Source of the DNA: Eledone cirrhosa
Taxonomy: Eukaryota
Assembly (NCBI GenBank): GCA_964016885.1
Contig: OZ024742.1
Location: forward strand, 369,830,001-369,894,000
DNA length: 64,000 bases
Reading direction: 5' to 3'
Shown one piece after another: positions 13,701-30,000 of the stretch (the first letter of the stretch is position 1; the number at the start of each line of letters is the position of its first letter). The notes beneath the pieces were generated by a model. It ran no database searches. It saw nothing but the letters and a program-made list of their open reading frames with translations, and was not told where the DNA came from. The position numbers and the translations under genes are program-made.

Positions 13701-16380
13701 TGTCTCACAATAGACAGGTCAAGACATCCACTGTACAACGTCTTATTGTCTATGTTGACCTGGGTTAGACAGATCCTGTCTCACAATAGACAGATCAAGA
13801 CATCCACTGTCCAACATCTTATTGTCTAGGTTGACATGGGTTAGACAGATCCTGTCTCACAATAGACAGGTGAAGACATCCACTGTACAACATCTTATTG
13901 TCTAGGTTGGCATGGGTTAGACAGATACAGTCTCACAATAGATAGGTCAAGACATCCACTATACAACATCTTATTGTCTAGGTTGACATGGGTTAGACAG
14001 ATCCTGTCTCACAATAGACAGGTCAAGACATCCACTGTACAACATCTTATTGTCTATGTTGACATGGGTTAGACAGATCCTGTCTCACAATAGACAGGTC
14101 AAGACATCCACTGTACAACATCTTATTGTCTATGTTGACATGGGTTAGACAGATCCTGTCTCACAATAGACAGGTCAAGACATCCACTGTACAACGTCTT
14201 ATTGTCTATGTTGACCTAGGTTAGACAGATCCTGTCTCACAATAGACAGGTCAAGACATCCACTGTACAACATCTTATTGTCTAGGTTGACATGGGTTAG
14301 ACAGATCCTGTCTCACAATACACAGGTCAAGACATCCACTGTACAACATCTTATTGTCTAGGTTGACATGGGTTAGACAGATCCTGTCTCACGATAGACA
14401 GGTCAAGACATCCACTGTACAACATCTTATTGTCTGGGTTGACATGGGTTAGACAGATCCTGTCTCACAATAGACAGGTCAAGACATCCACTGTACATCT
14501 TATTGTCTATGTTGACATGGGTTAGACAGATCCGGTCTCACAATAGACATGTCAAGACATCCACTGTGCAACATCTCATAGTCTAGGTTGACATGGGTTA
14601 GACAGATCCTGTCTCATAATAGACAGGTCAAGACATCCACTGTATAACTTCTTATTGTCTAAGTTGGCATGGGTTAGACAGATCCTGTCTCACAATAGAC
14701 AGGTCAAGACATCCACTGTACAACATCTTATTGTCTAGGTTGACATGGGTTAGACAGATCCTGTCTCACAATAGACAGGTCAAGACATCCACTGTACAAC
14801 ATCTTATTGTCTAGGTTGACATGGGTTAGACAGATCCAGTCTCACAATAGATAGGTCAAGACATCCACTGTACAACATCTTATTGTCTAGGTTGACATGG
14901 GTTAGACAGATCCTGTCTCACAATAGACTGGTCAAGTCATCCACTGTACAACATCTTATTGTCTAGGTTGCCATGGGTTAGACAGATCCAGTCTCACAAT
15001 AGATAGGTCAAGACATCCACTGTACAACATCTTATTGTCTAGGTTGACATGAGTTAGACAGATCCTGTCTCACAATAGATAGGTCAAGACATCCACTGTA
15101 CAACATCTTATTGTCTAGGTTGGCATGGGTTAGACAGATGCAGTCTCACAATAAATAGGTCAAGACATCCACTATACAACATCTTATTGTCTAGGTTGAC
15201 ATGGGTTAGACAGATCCTGTCTCACAATAGACAGGTCAAGACATCCACTGTACAACATCTTATTGTCTATGTTGACATGGGTTAGACAGATCCTGTCTCA
15301 CAATAGACAGGTCAAGATATCCACTGTACAACATCTTATTGTCTAGGTTGACATGGGTTAGACAGATCCTGTCTCACAATAGACAGGTCAAGACATCCAC
15401 TGTACAACGTCTTATTGTCTATGTTGACCTGGGTTAGACAGATCCTGTCTCACAATAGACAGGTCAAGACATCCACTGTACAACATCTTATTGTCTAGGT
15501 TGACATGGGTTAGACAGATCCTGTCTCACAATAGACAGGTGAAGACATCCACTGTACAACATCTTATTGTCTAGGTTGGCATGGGTTAGACAGATACAGT
15601 CTCACAATAGATAGGTCAAGACATCCACTATACAACATCTTATTGTCTAGGTTGACATGGGTTAGACAGATCCTGTCTCACAATAGACAGGTCAAGACAT
15701 CCACTGTACAACATCTTATTGTCTATGTTGACATGGGTTAGACAGATCCTGTCTCACAATAGACAGGTCAAGACATCCACTGTACAACATCTTATTGTCT
15801 AGGTTCACATGGGTTAGACAGATCCTGTCTCACAATAGACAGGTCAACACATCCACTGTACAACGTCTTATTGTCTATGTTGACCTGGGTTAGACAGATC
15901 CTGTCTCACAATAGACAGATCAAGACATCCACTGTCCAACATCTTATTGTCTAGGTTGACATGGGTTAGACAGATCCTGTCTCACAATAGACAGGTGAAG
16001 ACATCCACTGTACAACATCTTATTGTCTAGGTTGGCATGGGTTAGACAGATACAGTCTCACAATAGATAGGTCAAGACATCCACTATACAACATCTTATT
16101 GTCTAGGTTGACATGGGTTAGACAGATCCTGTCTCACAATAGACAGGTCAAGACATCCACTGTACAACATCTTATTGTCTATGTTGACATGGGTTAGACA
16201 GATCCTGTCTCACAATAGACAGGTCAAGACATCCACTGTACAACATCTTATTGTCTATGTTGACATGGGTTAGACAGATCCTGTCTCACAATAGACAGGT
16301 CAAGACATCCACTGTACAACGTCTTATTGTCTATGTTGACCTGGGTTAGACAGATCCTGTCTCACAATAGACAGGTCAAG
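7790..16380 (+). repeat. Block duplication at offset 6533 bp (86 monomers minus 3 bp) bracketing the 19-mer expansion
   Basis: The same ordered run of markers (TCACGATA, 3-bp deletion, GACATGTC, CTGTGCAAC, TATAACTT, GACTGGTCAAGTC) occurs at about 7856-8405 and 14389-14940. The deletion marker is at 7961 and 14494. Confidence 0.85.
8400..14250 (+). repeat. 19-monomer (1444 bp) higher-order repeat built from 6+6+7 monomer sub-blocks, about 4 copies
   Basis: The GCCATGGG marker is at 8437, 9881, 11325 (spacing 1444) and 12921 (1596, 21 monomers). The AACGTC marker is at 8873, 9329, 9785, 10317 (456, 456, 532). Confidence 0.9.
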
Positions 16381-16399
16381 ACATCCACTGTACAACATC

Positions 16400-19300
16400 T
16401 TATTGTCTAGGTTGACATGGGTTAGACAGATCCTGTCTCAGTCAAGACATCCACTGTACAACATCTTATTGTCTATGTTGACTTGGGTTAGACAGATCCT
16501 GTCTCACAATAGATAGGTCAAGACATCCACTGTACAACATCTTATTGTCTAGGTTGACATGGGTTAGACAGTTCCTGTCTCACAATAGACACGTCAAGTC
16601 ATCCACTGTACAACATCTTATTGTCTAGGTTGACATGGGTTAGACAGATCCAGTCTCACAATAGATAGGTCAAGACATCCACTGTACAACATCTTATTGT
16701 CTAGGTTGACATGGGTTAGACAGATCCTGTCTCACAATAGATAGGTCAAGACATCCACTGTACAACATCTTATTGTCTAGGTTGGCATGGGTTAGACAGA
16801 TCCAGTCTCACAATAGATAGGTCAAGACATCCACTATACAACATCTTATTGTCTAGGTTGACATGGGTTAGACAGATCCTGTCTCACAATAGAGAGGTCA
16901 AGACATCTACTGTACAACATCTTATTGTCTATGTTGACATGGGTTAGACAGATCCTGTCTCACAATAGACAGGTCAAGACATCCACTGTACAACATCTTA
17001 TTGTCTATGTTGACACGGGTTAGACAGATCCTGTCTCACAATACACAGGTCAAGACATCCACTGTACAACATCTTATTGTCTAGGTTGACATGGGTTAGA
17101 CAGATCCTGTCTCACAATAGACAGGTCAAGACATCCACTGTACAACATCTTATTGTCTATGTTGACATGGGTTAGACAGATCCTGTCTCACAATAGACAG
17201 GTCAAGACATCCACTGTACAACATCTTATTGTCTAGGTTGACATGGGTTAGACAGATCCTGTCTCACAATAGACAGGTCAAGACATCCACTGTACAACAT
17301 CTTATTGTCTAGCTTGACATGGGTTAGACAGATCCAGTCTCACAATAGATAGGTCAAGACATCCACTGTACAACATCTTATTGTCTAGGTTGACAAGGGT
17401 TAGACAGATCGAGTCTCACAATAGATAGGTCAAGACATCCACTGTACAACATCTTATTGTCTAGGTTGGCATGGGTTAGACAGATCCTGTCTCACAATAG
17501 ACAGGTCAAGACATCCACTGTACAACATCTTATTGTCTAGGTTGACATGGGTTAGACAGATCCTGTCTCACAATAGACAGGTCAAGACATCCACTGTACA
17601 ACATCTTATTGTCTAGGTTGCCATGGGTTAGACAGATCCAGTCTCACAATAGATAGGTCAAGACATCCACTGTACAACATCTTATTGTCTAGGTTGACAT
17701 GAGTTAGACAGATCCTGTCTCACAATAGATAGGTCAAGACATCCACTGTACAACATCTTATTGTCTAGGTTGGCATGGGTTAGACAGATATAGTCTCACA
17801 ATAGATAGGTCAAGACATCCACTATACAACATCTTATTGTCTAGGTTGACATGGGTTAGACAGATCCTGTCTCACAATAGACAGGTCAAGACATCCACTG
17901 TACAACATCTTATTGTCTATGTTGACATGGGTTAGACAGATCCTGTCTCACAATAGACAGGTCAAGACATCCACTGTACAACATCTTATTGTCTAGGTTG
18001 ACATGGGTTAGACAGATCCTGTCTCACAATAGACAGGTCAAGACATCCACTGTACAACGTCTTATTGTCTATGTTGACCTGGGTTAGACAGATCCTGTCT
18101 CACAATAGACAGGTCAAGACATCCACTGTACAACATCTTATTGTCTAGGTTGACATGGGTTAGACAGATCCTGTCTCACAATAGACAGGTGAAGACATCC
18201 ACTGTACAACATCTTATTGTCTAGGTTGACATGGGTTAGACAGATCCTGTCTCAGTCAAGACATCCACTGTACAACATCTTATTGTCTATGTTGACTTGG
18301 GTTAGACAGATCCTGTCTCACAATAGATAGGTCAAGACATCCACTGTACAGCATCTTATTGTCTAAGTTGACATGGGTTAGACAGATCCTGTCTCACAAT
18401 AGACAGGTCAAGTCATCCACTGTACAGCATCATATTGTCTAGGTTGACATGGGTTAGACAGATCCAGTCTCACAATAGATAGGTCAAGACATCCACTGTA
18501 ACACATCTTATTGTCTATGTTGACATGGGTTAGACAGATCCATTCTCACAATAGATAGGTCAAGACATCCACTGTACAACATCTTATTGTCTAGGTTGGC
18601 ATGGGTTAGACAGATCCAGTCTCACAATAGATAGGTCAAGACATCCACTATACAACTTCTTATTGTCTAGGTTGACATGGGTTAGACAGATCCTGTCTCA
18701 CAATAGACAGGTCAAGACATCCACTGTACAACATCTTATTGTCTATGTTGACATGGGTTAGACAGATCCTGTTTCACAATAGACAGGTCAAGACATCCAC
18801 TGTACAACATCTTATTGTCTATGTTTGCATGGGTTAGACAGATCCTGTCTCACAATAGACAGGTCAAGACATCCACTGTACAACATCTTATTGTCTAGGT
18901 TGACATGGGTTAGACAGATCCTGTCTCACAATAGACAGGTCAAGACATCCACTCTACAACATCTTATAGTCTAGGTTGACATGGGTTAGACAGATCCTGT
19001 CTCACAATAGATAGGTCAAGACATCCACTGTACAACATCTTATTGTCTAGGTTGACATGGGTTAGACAGATACTGTCTCACAATAGATAGGTCAAGACAT
19101 CCACTATACAACATCTTATTGTCTAGGTTGGCATGGGTTAGACAGATACAGTCTCACAATAGATAGGTCAAGACATCCACTATACAACATCTTATTGTCT
19201 AGGTTGACATGGGTTAGACAGATCCTGTCTCACGATAGACAGGTCAAGACATCCACTGTACAACATCTTATTGTCTAGGTTGACATGGGTTAGACAGATC

Positions 19301-22300
19301 CTGTCTCACAATAGACAGGTCAAGACATCATCTGTACAACGTCTTATTGTCTATGTTGACACGGGTTAGACAGATCCTGTCTCACAATAGTCAGGTCAAG
19401 ACATCCACTGTACAACATCTTATTGTCTATGTTGACATGGGTTAGACAGATCCTGTCTCACAATAAACAGGTCAAGACATCCACTGTACAACATCTTATT
19501 GTCTAGGTTGACATGGGTTAGACAGATCCTGTCTCACAATAGACTGGTCAAGTCATCCACTGTACAACATCTTATTGTCTAGGTTGCCATGGGTTAGACA
19601 GATCCAGTCTCACAATAGATAGGTCAAGACATCCACTGTACAACATCTTATTGTCTAGGTTGACATGAGTTAGACAGATCCTGTCTCACAATAGATAGGT
19701 CAAGACATCCACTGTACAACATCTTATTGTCTAGGTTGGCATGGGTTAGACAGATACAGTCTCACAATAAATAGGTCAAGACATCCACTATACAACATCT
19801 TATTGTCTAGGTTGACATGGGTTAGACAGATCCTGTCTCACAATAGACAGGTCAAGACATCCACTGTACAACATCTTATTGTCTATGTTGACATGGGTTA
19901 GACAGATCCTGTCTCACAATAGACAGGTCAAGACATCCACTGTACAACATCTTATTGTCTAGGTTGACATGGGTTAGACAGATCCTGTCTCACAATAGAC
20001 AGGTCAAGACATCCACTGTACAACGTCTTATTGTCTATGTTGACCTGGGTTAGACAGATCCTGTCTCACAATAGACAGGTCAAGACATCCACTGTACAAC
20101 ATCTTATTGTCTAGGTTGACATGGGTTAGACAGATCCTGTCTCACAATAGACAGGTGAAGACATCCACTGTACAACATCTTATTGTCTAGGTTGGCATGG
20201 GTTAGACAGATACAGTCTCACAATAGATAGGTCAAGACATCCACTATACAACATCTTATTGTCTAGGTTGACATGGGTTAGACAGATCCTGTCTCACAAT
20301 AGACAGGTCAAGACATCCACTGTACAACATCTTATTGTCTATGTTGACATGGGTTAGACAGATCCTGTCTCACAATAGACAGGTCAAGACATCCACTGTA
20401 CAACATCTTATTGTCTAGGTTCACATGGGTTAGACAGATCCTGTCTCACAATAGACAGGTCAAGACATCCACTGTACAACGTCTTATTGTCTATGTTGAC
20501 CTGGGTTAGACAGATCCTGTCTCACAATAGACAGATCAAGACATCCACTGTCCAACATCTTATTGTCTAGGTTGACATGGGTTAGACAGATCCTGTCTCA
20601 CAATAGACAGGTGAAGACATCCACTGTACAACATCTTATCGTCTAGGTTGGCATGGGTTAGACAGATACAGTCTCACAATAGATAGGTCAAGACATCCAC
20701 TATACAACATCTTATTGTCTAGGTTGACATGGGTTAGACAGATCCTGTCTCACAATAGACAGGTCAAGACATCCACTGTACAACATCTTATTGTCTATGT
20801 TGACATGGGTTAGACAGATCCTGTCTCACAATAGACAGGTCAAGACATCCACTGTACAACATCTTATTGTCTATGTTGACATGGGTTAGACAGATCCTGT
20901 CTCACAATAGACAGGTCAAGACATCCACTGTACAACGTCTTATTGTCTATGTTGACCTGGGTTAGACAGATCCTGTCTCACAATAGACAGGTCAAGACAT
21001 CCACTGTACAACATCTTATTGTCTAGGTTGACATGGGTTAGACAGATCCTGTCTCAGTCAAGACATCCACTGTACAACATCTTATTGTCTATGTTGACTT
21101 GGGTTAGACAGATCCTGTCTCACAATAGATAGGTCAAGACATCCACTGTACAACATCTTATTGTCTAGGTTGACATGGGTTAGACAGTTCCTGTCTCAAA
21201 ATAGACACGTCAAGTCATCCACTGTACAACATCTTATTGTCTATGTTGACATGGGTTAGACAGATCCTGTCTCACAATAGACAGGTCAAGACATCCACTG
21301 TACAACGTCTTATTGTCTATGTTGACCTGGGTTAGACAGATCCTGTCTCACAATAGACAGGTCAAGACATCCACTGTACAACATCTTATTGTCTAGGTTG
21401 ACATGGGTTAGACAGATCCTGTCTCAGTCAAGACATCCACTGTACAACATCTTATTGTCTATGTTGACTTGGGTTAGACAGATCCTGTCTCACAATAGAT
21501 AGGTCAAGACATCCACTGTACAACGTCTTATTGTCTATGTTGACCTGGGTTAGACAGATCCTGTCTCACAATAGACAGATCAAGACATCCACTGTCCAAC
21601 ATCTTATTGTCTAGGTTGACATGGGTTAGACAGTTCCTGTCTCACAATAGACACGTCAAGTCATCCACTGTACAACATCTTATTGTCTAGGTTGACATGG
21701 GTTAGACAGATCCAGTCTCACAATAGATAGGTCAAGACATCCACTGTACAACATCTTATTGTCTAGGTTGACATGGGTTAGACAGATCCTGTCTCACAAT
21801 AGATAGGTCAAGACATCCACTGTACAACATCTTATTGTCTAGGTTGGCATGGGTTAGACAGATCCAGTCTCACAATAGATAGGTCAAGACATCCACTATA
21901 CAACATCTTATTGTCTAGGTTGACATGGGTTAGACAGATCCTGTCTCACAATAGAGAGGTCAAGACATCTACTGTACAACATCTTATTGTCTATGTTGAC
22001 ATGGGTTAGACAGATCCTGTCTCACAATAGACAGGTCAAGACATCCACTGTACAACATCTTATTGTCTATGTTGACACGGGTTAGACAGATCCTGTCTCA
22101 CAATACACAGGTCAAGACATCCACTGTACAACATCTTATTGTCTAGGTTGACATGGGTTAGACAGATCCTGTCTCACAATAGACAGGTCAAGACATCCAC
22201 TGTACAACATCTTATTGTCTATGTTGACATGGGTTAGACAGATCCTGTCTCACAATAGACAGGTCAAGACATCCACTGTACAACATCTTATTGTCTAGGT

Positions 22301-25300
22301 TGACATGGGTTAGACAGATCCTGTCTCACAATAGACAGGTCAAGACATCCACTGTACAACATCTTATTGTCTAGCTTGACATGGGTTAGACAGATCCAGT
22401 CTCACAATAGATAGGTCAAGACATCCACTGTACAACATCTTATTGTCTAGGTTGACAAGGGTTAGACAGATCGAGTCTCACAATAGATAGGTCAAGACAT
22501 CCACTGTACAACATCTTATTGTCTAGGTTGGCATGGGTTAGACAGATCCAGTCTCACAATAGATAGGTCAAGACATCCACTGTACAACATCTTATTGTCT
22601 AAGTTGGTATGGGTTAGACAGATCCTGTCTCACAATAGACAGGTCAAGACATCCACTGTACAACATCTTATTGTCTAGGTTGACATGGGTTAGACAGATC
22701 CTGTCTCACAATAGACAGGTCAAGACATCCACTGTACAACATCTTATTGTCTAGGTTGCCATGGGTTAGACAGATCCAGTCTCACAATAGATAGGTCAAG
22801 ACATCCACTGTACAACATCTTATTGTCTAGGTTGACATGAGTTAGACAGATCCTGTCTCACAATAGATAGGTCAAGACATCCACTGTACAACATCTTATT
22901 GTCTAGGTTGGCATGGGTTAGACAGATATAGTCTCACAATAGATAGGTCAAGACATCCACTATACAACATCTTATTGTCTAGGTTGACATGGGTTAGACA
23001 GATCCTGTCTCACAATAGACAGGTCAAGACATCCACTGTACAACATCTTATTGTCTATGTTGACATGGGTTAGACAGATCCTGTCTCACAATAGACAGGT
23101 CAAGACATCCACTGTACAACATCTTATTGTCTAGGTTGACATGGGTTAGACAGATCCTGTCTCACAATAGACAGGTCAAGACATCCACTGTACAACGTCT
23201 TATTGTCTATGTTGACCTGGGTTAGACAGATCCTGTCTCACAATAGACAGGTCAAGACATCCACTGTACAACATCTTATTGTCTAGGTTGACATGGGTTA
23301 GACAGATCCTGTCTCACAATAGACAGGTGAAGACATCCACTGTACAACATCTTATTGTCTAGGTTGACATGGGTTAGACAGATCCTGTCTCAGTCAAGAC
23401 ATCCACTGTACAACATCTTATTGTCTATGTTGACTTGGGTTAGACAGATCCTGTCTCACAATAGATAGGTCAAGACATCCACTGTACAGCATCTTATTGT
23501 CTAAGTTGACATGGGTTAGACAGATCCTGTCTCACAATAGACAGGTCAAGTCATCCACTGTACAGCATCATATTGTCTAGGTTGACATGGGTTAGACAGA
23601 TCCAGTCTCACAATAGATAGGTCAAGACATCCACTGTAACACATCTTATTGTCTATGTTGACATGGGTTAGACAGATCCATTCTCACAATAGATAGGTCA
23701 AGACATCCACTGTACAACATCTTATTGTCTAGGTTGGCATGGGTTAGACAGATCCAGTCTCACAATAGATAGGTCAAGACATCCACTATACAACTTCTTA
23801 TTGTCTAGGTTGACATGGGTTAGACAGATCCTGTCTCACAATAGACAGGTCAAGACATCCACTGTACAACATCTTATTGTCTATGTTGACATGGGTTAGA
23901 CAGATCCTGTTTCACAATAGACAGGTCAAGACATCCACTGTACAACATCTTATTGTCTATGTTTGCATGGGTTAGACAGATCCTGTCTCACAATAGACAG
24001 GTCAAGACATCCACTGTACAACATCTTATTGTCTAGGTTGACATGGGTTAGACAGATCCTGTCTCACAATAGACAGGTCAAGACATCCACTCTACAACAT
24101 CTTATAGTCTAGGTTGACATGGGTTAGACAGATCCTGTCTCACAATAGATAGGTCAAGACATCCACTGTACAACATCTTATTGTCTAGGTTGACATGGGT
24201 TAGACAGATACTGTCTCACAATAGATAGGTCAAGACATCCACTATACAACATCTTATTGTCTAGGTTGGCATGGGTTAGACAGATACAGTCTCACAATAG
24301 ATAGGTCAAGACATCCACTATACAACATCTTATTGTCTAGGTTGACATGGGTTAGACAGATCCTGTCTCACGATAGACAGGTCAAGACATCCACTGTACA
24401 ACATCTTATTGTCTAGGTTGACATGGGTTAGACAGATCCTGTCTCACAATAGACAGGTCAAGACATCCACTGTACAACGTCTTATTGTCTATGTTGACAC
24501 GGGTTAGACAGATCCTGTCTCACAATAGTCAGGTCAAGACATCCACTGTACAACATCTTATTGTCTATGTTGACATGGGTTAGACAGATCCTGTCTCACA
24601 ATAAACAGGTCAAGACATCCACTGTACAACATCTTATTGTCTAGGTTGACATGGGTTAGACAGATCCTGTCTCACAATAGACTGGTCAAGTCATCCACTG
24701 TACAACATCTTATTGTCTAGGTTGCCATGGGTTAGACAGATCCAGTCTCACAATAGATAGGTCAAGACATCCACTGTACAACATCTTATTGTCTAGGTTG
24801 ACATGGGTTAGACAGATCCTGTCTCACAATAGACTGGTCAAGTCATCCACTGTACAACATCTTATTGTCTAGGTTGCCATGGGTTAGACAGATCCAGTCT
24901 CACAATAGATAGGTCAAGACATCCACTGTACAACATCTTATTGTCTAGGTTGACATGAGTTAGACAGATCCTGTCTCACAATAGATAGGTCAAGACATCC
25001 ACTGTACAACATCTTATTGTCTAGGTTGGCATGGGTTAGACAGATACAGTCTCACAATAAATAGGTCAAGACATCCACTATACAACATCTTATTGTCTAG
25101 GTTGACATGGGTTAGACAGATCCTGTCTCACAATAGACAGGTCAAGACATCCACTGTACAACATCTTATTGTCTATGTTGACATGGGTTAGACAGATCCT
25201 GTCTCACAATAGACAGGTCAAGACATCCACTGTACAACATCTTATTGTCTAGGTTGACATGGGTTAGACAGATCCTGTCTCACAATAGACAGGTCAAGAC

Positions 25301-26880
25301 ATCCACTGTACAACGTCTTATTGTCTATGTTGACCTGGGTTAGACAGATCCTGTCTCACAATAGACAGGTCAAGACATCCACTGTACAACATCTTATTGT
25401 CTAGGTTGACATGGGTTAGACAGATCCTGTCTCACAATAGACAGGTGAAGACATCCACTGTACATCTTATTGTCTAGGTTGGCATGGGTTAGACAGATAC
25501 AGTCTCACAATAGATAGGTCAAGACATCCACTGTACAACATCTTATTGTCTAGGTTGACATGGGTTAGACAGATCCTGTCTCACAATAGACAGGTCAAGA
25601 CATCCACTGTACAACATCTTATTGTCTATGTTGACATGGGTTAGACAGATCCTGTCTCACAATAGACAGGTCAAGACATCCACTGTACAACATCTTATTG
25701 TCTAGGTTCACATGGGTTAGACAGATCCTGTCTCACAATAGACAGGTCAAGACATCCACTGTACAACGTCTTATTGTCTATGTTGACCTGGGTTAGACAG
25801 ATCCTGTCTCACAATAGACAGATCAAGACATCCACTGTCCAACATCTTATTGTCTAGGTTGACATGGGTTAGACAGATCCTGTCTCACAATAGACAGGTG
25901 AAGACATCCACTGTACAACATCTTATCGTCTAGGTTGGCATGGGTTAGACAGATACAGTCTCACAATAGATAGGTCAAGACATCCACTATACAACATCTT
26001 ATTGTCTAGGTTGACATGGGTTAGACAGATCCTGTCTCACAATAGACAGGTCAAGACATCCACTGTACAACATCTTATTGTCTATGTTGACATGGGTTAG
26101 ACAGATCCTGTCTCACAATAGACAGGTCAAGACATCCACTGTACAACATCTTATTGTCTATGTTGACATGGGTTAGACAGATCCTGTCTCACAATAGACA
26201 GGTCAAGACATCCACTGTACAACGTCTTATTGTCTATGTTGACCTGGGTTAGACAGATCCTGTCTCACAATAGACAGGTCAAGACATCCACTGTACAACA
26301 TCTTATTGTCTAGGTTGACATGGGTTAGACAGATCCTGTCTCAGTCAAGACATCCACTGTACAACATCTTATTGTCTATGTTGACTTGGGTTAGACAGAT
26401 CCTGTCTCACAATAGATAGGTCAAGACATCCACTGTACAACATCTTATTGTCTAGGTTGACATGGGTTAGACAGTTCCTGTCTCACAATAGACACGTCAA
26501 GTCATCCACTGTACAACATCTTATTGTCTATGTTGACATGGGTTAGACAGATCCTGTCTCACAATAGACAGGTCAAGACATCCACTGTACAACGTCTTAT
26601 TGTCTATGTTGACCTGGGTTAGACAGATCCTGTCTCACAATAGACAGGTCAAGACATCCACTGTACAACATCTTATTGTCTAGGTTGACATGGGTTAGAC
26701 AGATCCTGTCTCAGTCAAGACATCCACTGTACAACATCTTATTGTCTATGTTGACTTGGGTTAGACAGATCCTGTCTCACAATAGATAGGTCAAGACATC
26801 CACTGTACAACATCTTATTGTCTAGGTTGACATGGGTTAGACAGTTCCTGTCTCACAATAGACACGTCAAGTCATCCACT
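16400..26880 (+). repeat. Tandem higher-order duplication of about 5.1-5.3 kb (about 67-70 monomers)
   Basis: AGCTTGAC 17311/22373 (+5062), CTGTAACAC 18496/23634 (+5138=68x76-30), and paired 10-bp deletions 21056,21426/26343,26713 (+5287). The offsets change by whole monomers, allowing for visible indels. Confidence 0.85.
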
Positions 26881-27099
26881 GTACAACATCTTATTGTCTA
26901 AGTTGGTATGGGTTAGACAGATCCTGTCTCACAATAGACAGGTCAAGACATCCACTGTACAACATCTTATTGTCTAGGTTGACATGGGTTAGACAGATCC
27001 TGTCTCACAATAGACAGGTCAAGACATCCACTGTACAACATCTTATTGTCTAGGTTGCCATGGGTTAGACAGATCCTGTCTCACAATAGACAGGTCAAG

Positions 27100-30000
27100 A
27101 CATCCACTGTACAACATCTTATTGTCTATGTTGACATGGGTTAGACAGATCCTGTCTCACAATAGACAGGTCAAGACATCCACTGTACAACATCTTATTG
27201 TCTAGGTTGACATGGGTTAGACAGATCCTGTCTCACAATAGACAGGTCAAGACATCCACTGTACAACGTCTTATTGTCTATGTTGACCTGGGTTAGACAG
27301 ATCCTGTCTCACAATAGACAGGTCAAGACATCCACTGTACAACATCTTATTGTCTAGGTTGACATGGGTTAGACAGATCCTGTCTCACAATAGACAGGTC
27401 AAGACATCCACTGTACAACATCTTATTGTCTAGGTTGACATGGGTTAGACAGATCCTGTCTCAGTCAAGACATCCACTGTACAACATCTTATTGTCTATG
27501 TTGACTTGGGTTAGACAGATCCTGTCTCACAATAGATAGGTCAAGACATCCACTGTACAGCATCTTATTGTCTAGGTTGACATGGGTTAGACAGATCCTG
27601 TCTCACAATAGACAGGTCAAGTCATCCACTGTACAGCATCATATTGTCTAGGTTGACATGGGTTAGACAGATCCAGTCTCACAATAGATAGGTCAAGACA
27701 TCCACTGTAACACATCTTATTGTCTATGTTGACATGGGTTAGACAGATCCATTCTCACAATAGATAGGTCAAGACATCCACTGTACAACATCTTATTGTC
27801 TAGGTTGGCATGGGTTAGACAGATCCAGTCTCACAATAGATAGGTCAAGACATCCACTATACAACTTCTTATTGTCTAGGTTGACATGGGTTAGACAGAT
27901 CCTGTCTCACAATAGACAGGTCAAGACATCCACTGTACAACATCTTATTGTCTATGTTGACATGGGTTAGACAGATCCTGTTTCACAATAGACAGGTCAA
28001 GACATCCACTGTACAACATCTTATTGTCTATGTTTGCATGGGTTAGACAGATCCTGTCTCACAATAGACAGGTCAAGACATCCACTGTACAACATCTTAT
28101 TGTCTAGGTTGACATGGGTTAGACAGATCCTGTCTCACAATAGACAGGTCAAGACATCCACTCTACAACATCTTATAGTCTAGGTTGACATGGGTTAGAC
28201 AGATACTGTCTCACAATAGATAGGTCAAGACATCCACTATACAACATCTTATTGTCTAGGTTGGCATGGGTTAGACAGATACAGTCTCACAATAGATAGG
28301 TCAAGACATCCACTATACAACATCTTATTGTCTAGGTTGACATGGGTTAGACAGATCCTGTCTCACAATAGACAGGTCAAGACATCCACTCTACAACATC
28401 TTATAGTCTAGGTTGACATGGGTTAGACAGATACTGTCTCACAATAGATAGGTCAAGACATCCACTATACAACATCTTATTGTCTAGGTTGACATGGGTT
28501 AGACAGATCCTGTCTCACAATAGATAGGTCAAGACATCCACTGTACAACATCTTATTGTCTAGGTTGACATGGGTTAGACAGATACTGTCTCACAATAGA
28601 TAGGTCAAGACATCCACTATACAACATCTTATTGTCTAGGTTGGCATGGGTTAGACAGATACAGTCTCACAATAGATAGGTCAAGACATCCACTATACAA
28701 CATCTTATTGTCTAGGTTGACATGGGTTAGACAGATCCTGTCTCACGATAGACAGGTCAAGACATCCACTGTACAACATCTTATTGTCTAGGTTGACATG
28801 GGTTAGACAGATCCTGTCTCACAATAGACAGGTCAAGACATCCACTGTACAACGTCTTATTGTCTATGTTGACACGGGTTAGACAGATCCTGTCTCACAA
28901 TAGACAGGTCAAGACATCCACTGTACAACATCTTATTGTCTATGTTGACATGGGTTAGACAGATCCTGTCTCACAATAAACAGGTCAAGACATCCACTGT
29001 ACAACATCTTATTGTCTAGGTTGACATGGGTTAGACAGATCCTGTCTCACAATAGACTGGTCAAGTCATCCACTGTACAACATCTTATTGTCTAGGTTGC
29101 CATGGGTTAGACAGATCCAGTCTCACAATAGATAGGTCAAGACATCCACTGTACAACATCTTATTGTCTAGGTTGACATGGGTTAGACAGATCCTGTCTC
29201 ACAATAGACTGGTCAAGACATCCACTGTACAACATCTTATTGTCTAGGTTGACATGAGTTAGACAGATCCTGTCTCACAATAGATAGGTCAAGACATCCA
29301 CTGTACAACATCTTATTGTCTAGGTTGGCATGGGTTAGACAGATACAGTCTCACAATAAATAGGTCAAGACATCCACTATACAACATCTTATTGTCTAGG
29401 TTGACATGGGTTAGACAGATCCTGTCTCACAATAGACAGGTCAAGACATCCACTGTACAACATCTTATTGTCTATGTTGACATGGGTTAGACAGATCCTG
29501 TCTCACAATAGACAGGTCAAGACATCCACTGTACAACATCTTATTGTCTAGGTTGACATGGGTTAGACAGATCCTGTCTCACAATAGACAGGTCAAGACA
29601 TCCACTGTACAACGTCTTATTGTCTATGTTGACCTGGGTTAGACAGATCCTGTCTCACAATAGACAGGTCAAGACATCCACTGTACAACATCTTATTGTC
29701 TAGGTTGACATGGGTTAGACAGATCCTGTCTCACAATAGACAGGTGAAGACATCCACTGTACAACATCTTATTGTCTAGGTTGACATGGGTTAGACAGAT
29801 CCTGTCTCACAATAGACAGGTCAAGACATCCACTGTACAACATCTTATTGTCTAGGTTGACATGGGTTAGACAGATCCTGTCTCACAATAGACAGGTCAA
29901 GACATCCACTGTACAACATCTTATTGTCTAGGTTGCCATGGGTTAGACAGATCCAGTCTCACAATAGATAGGTCAAGACATCCACTGTACAACATCTTAT

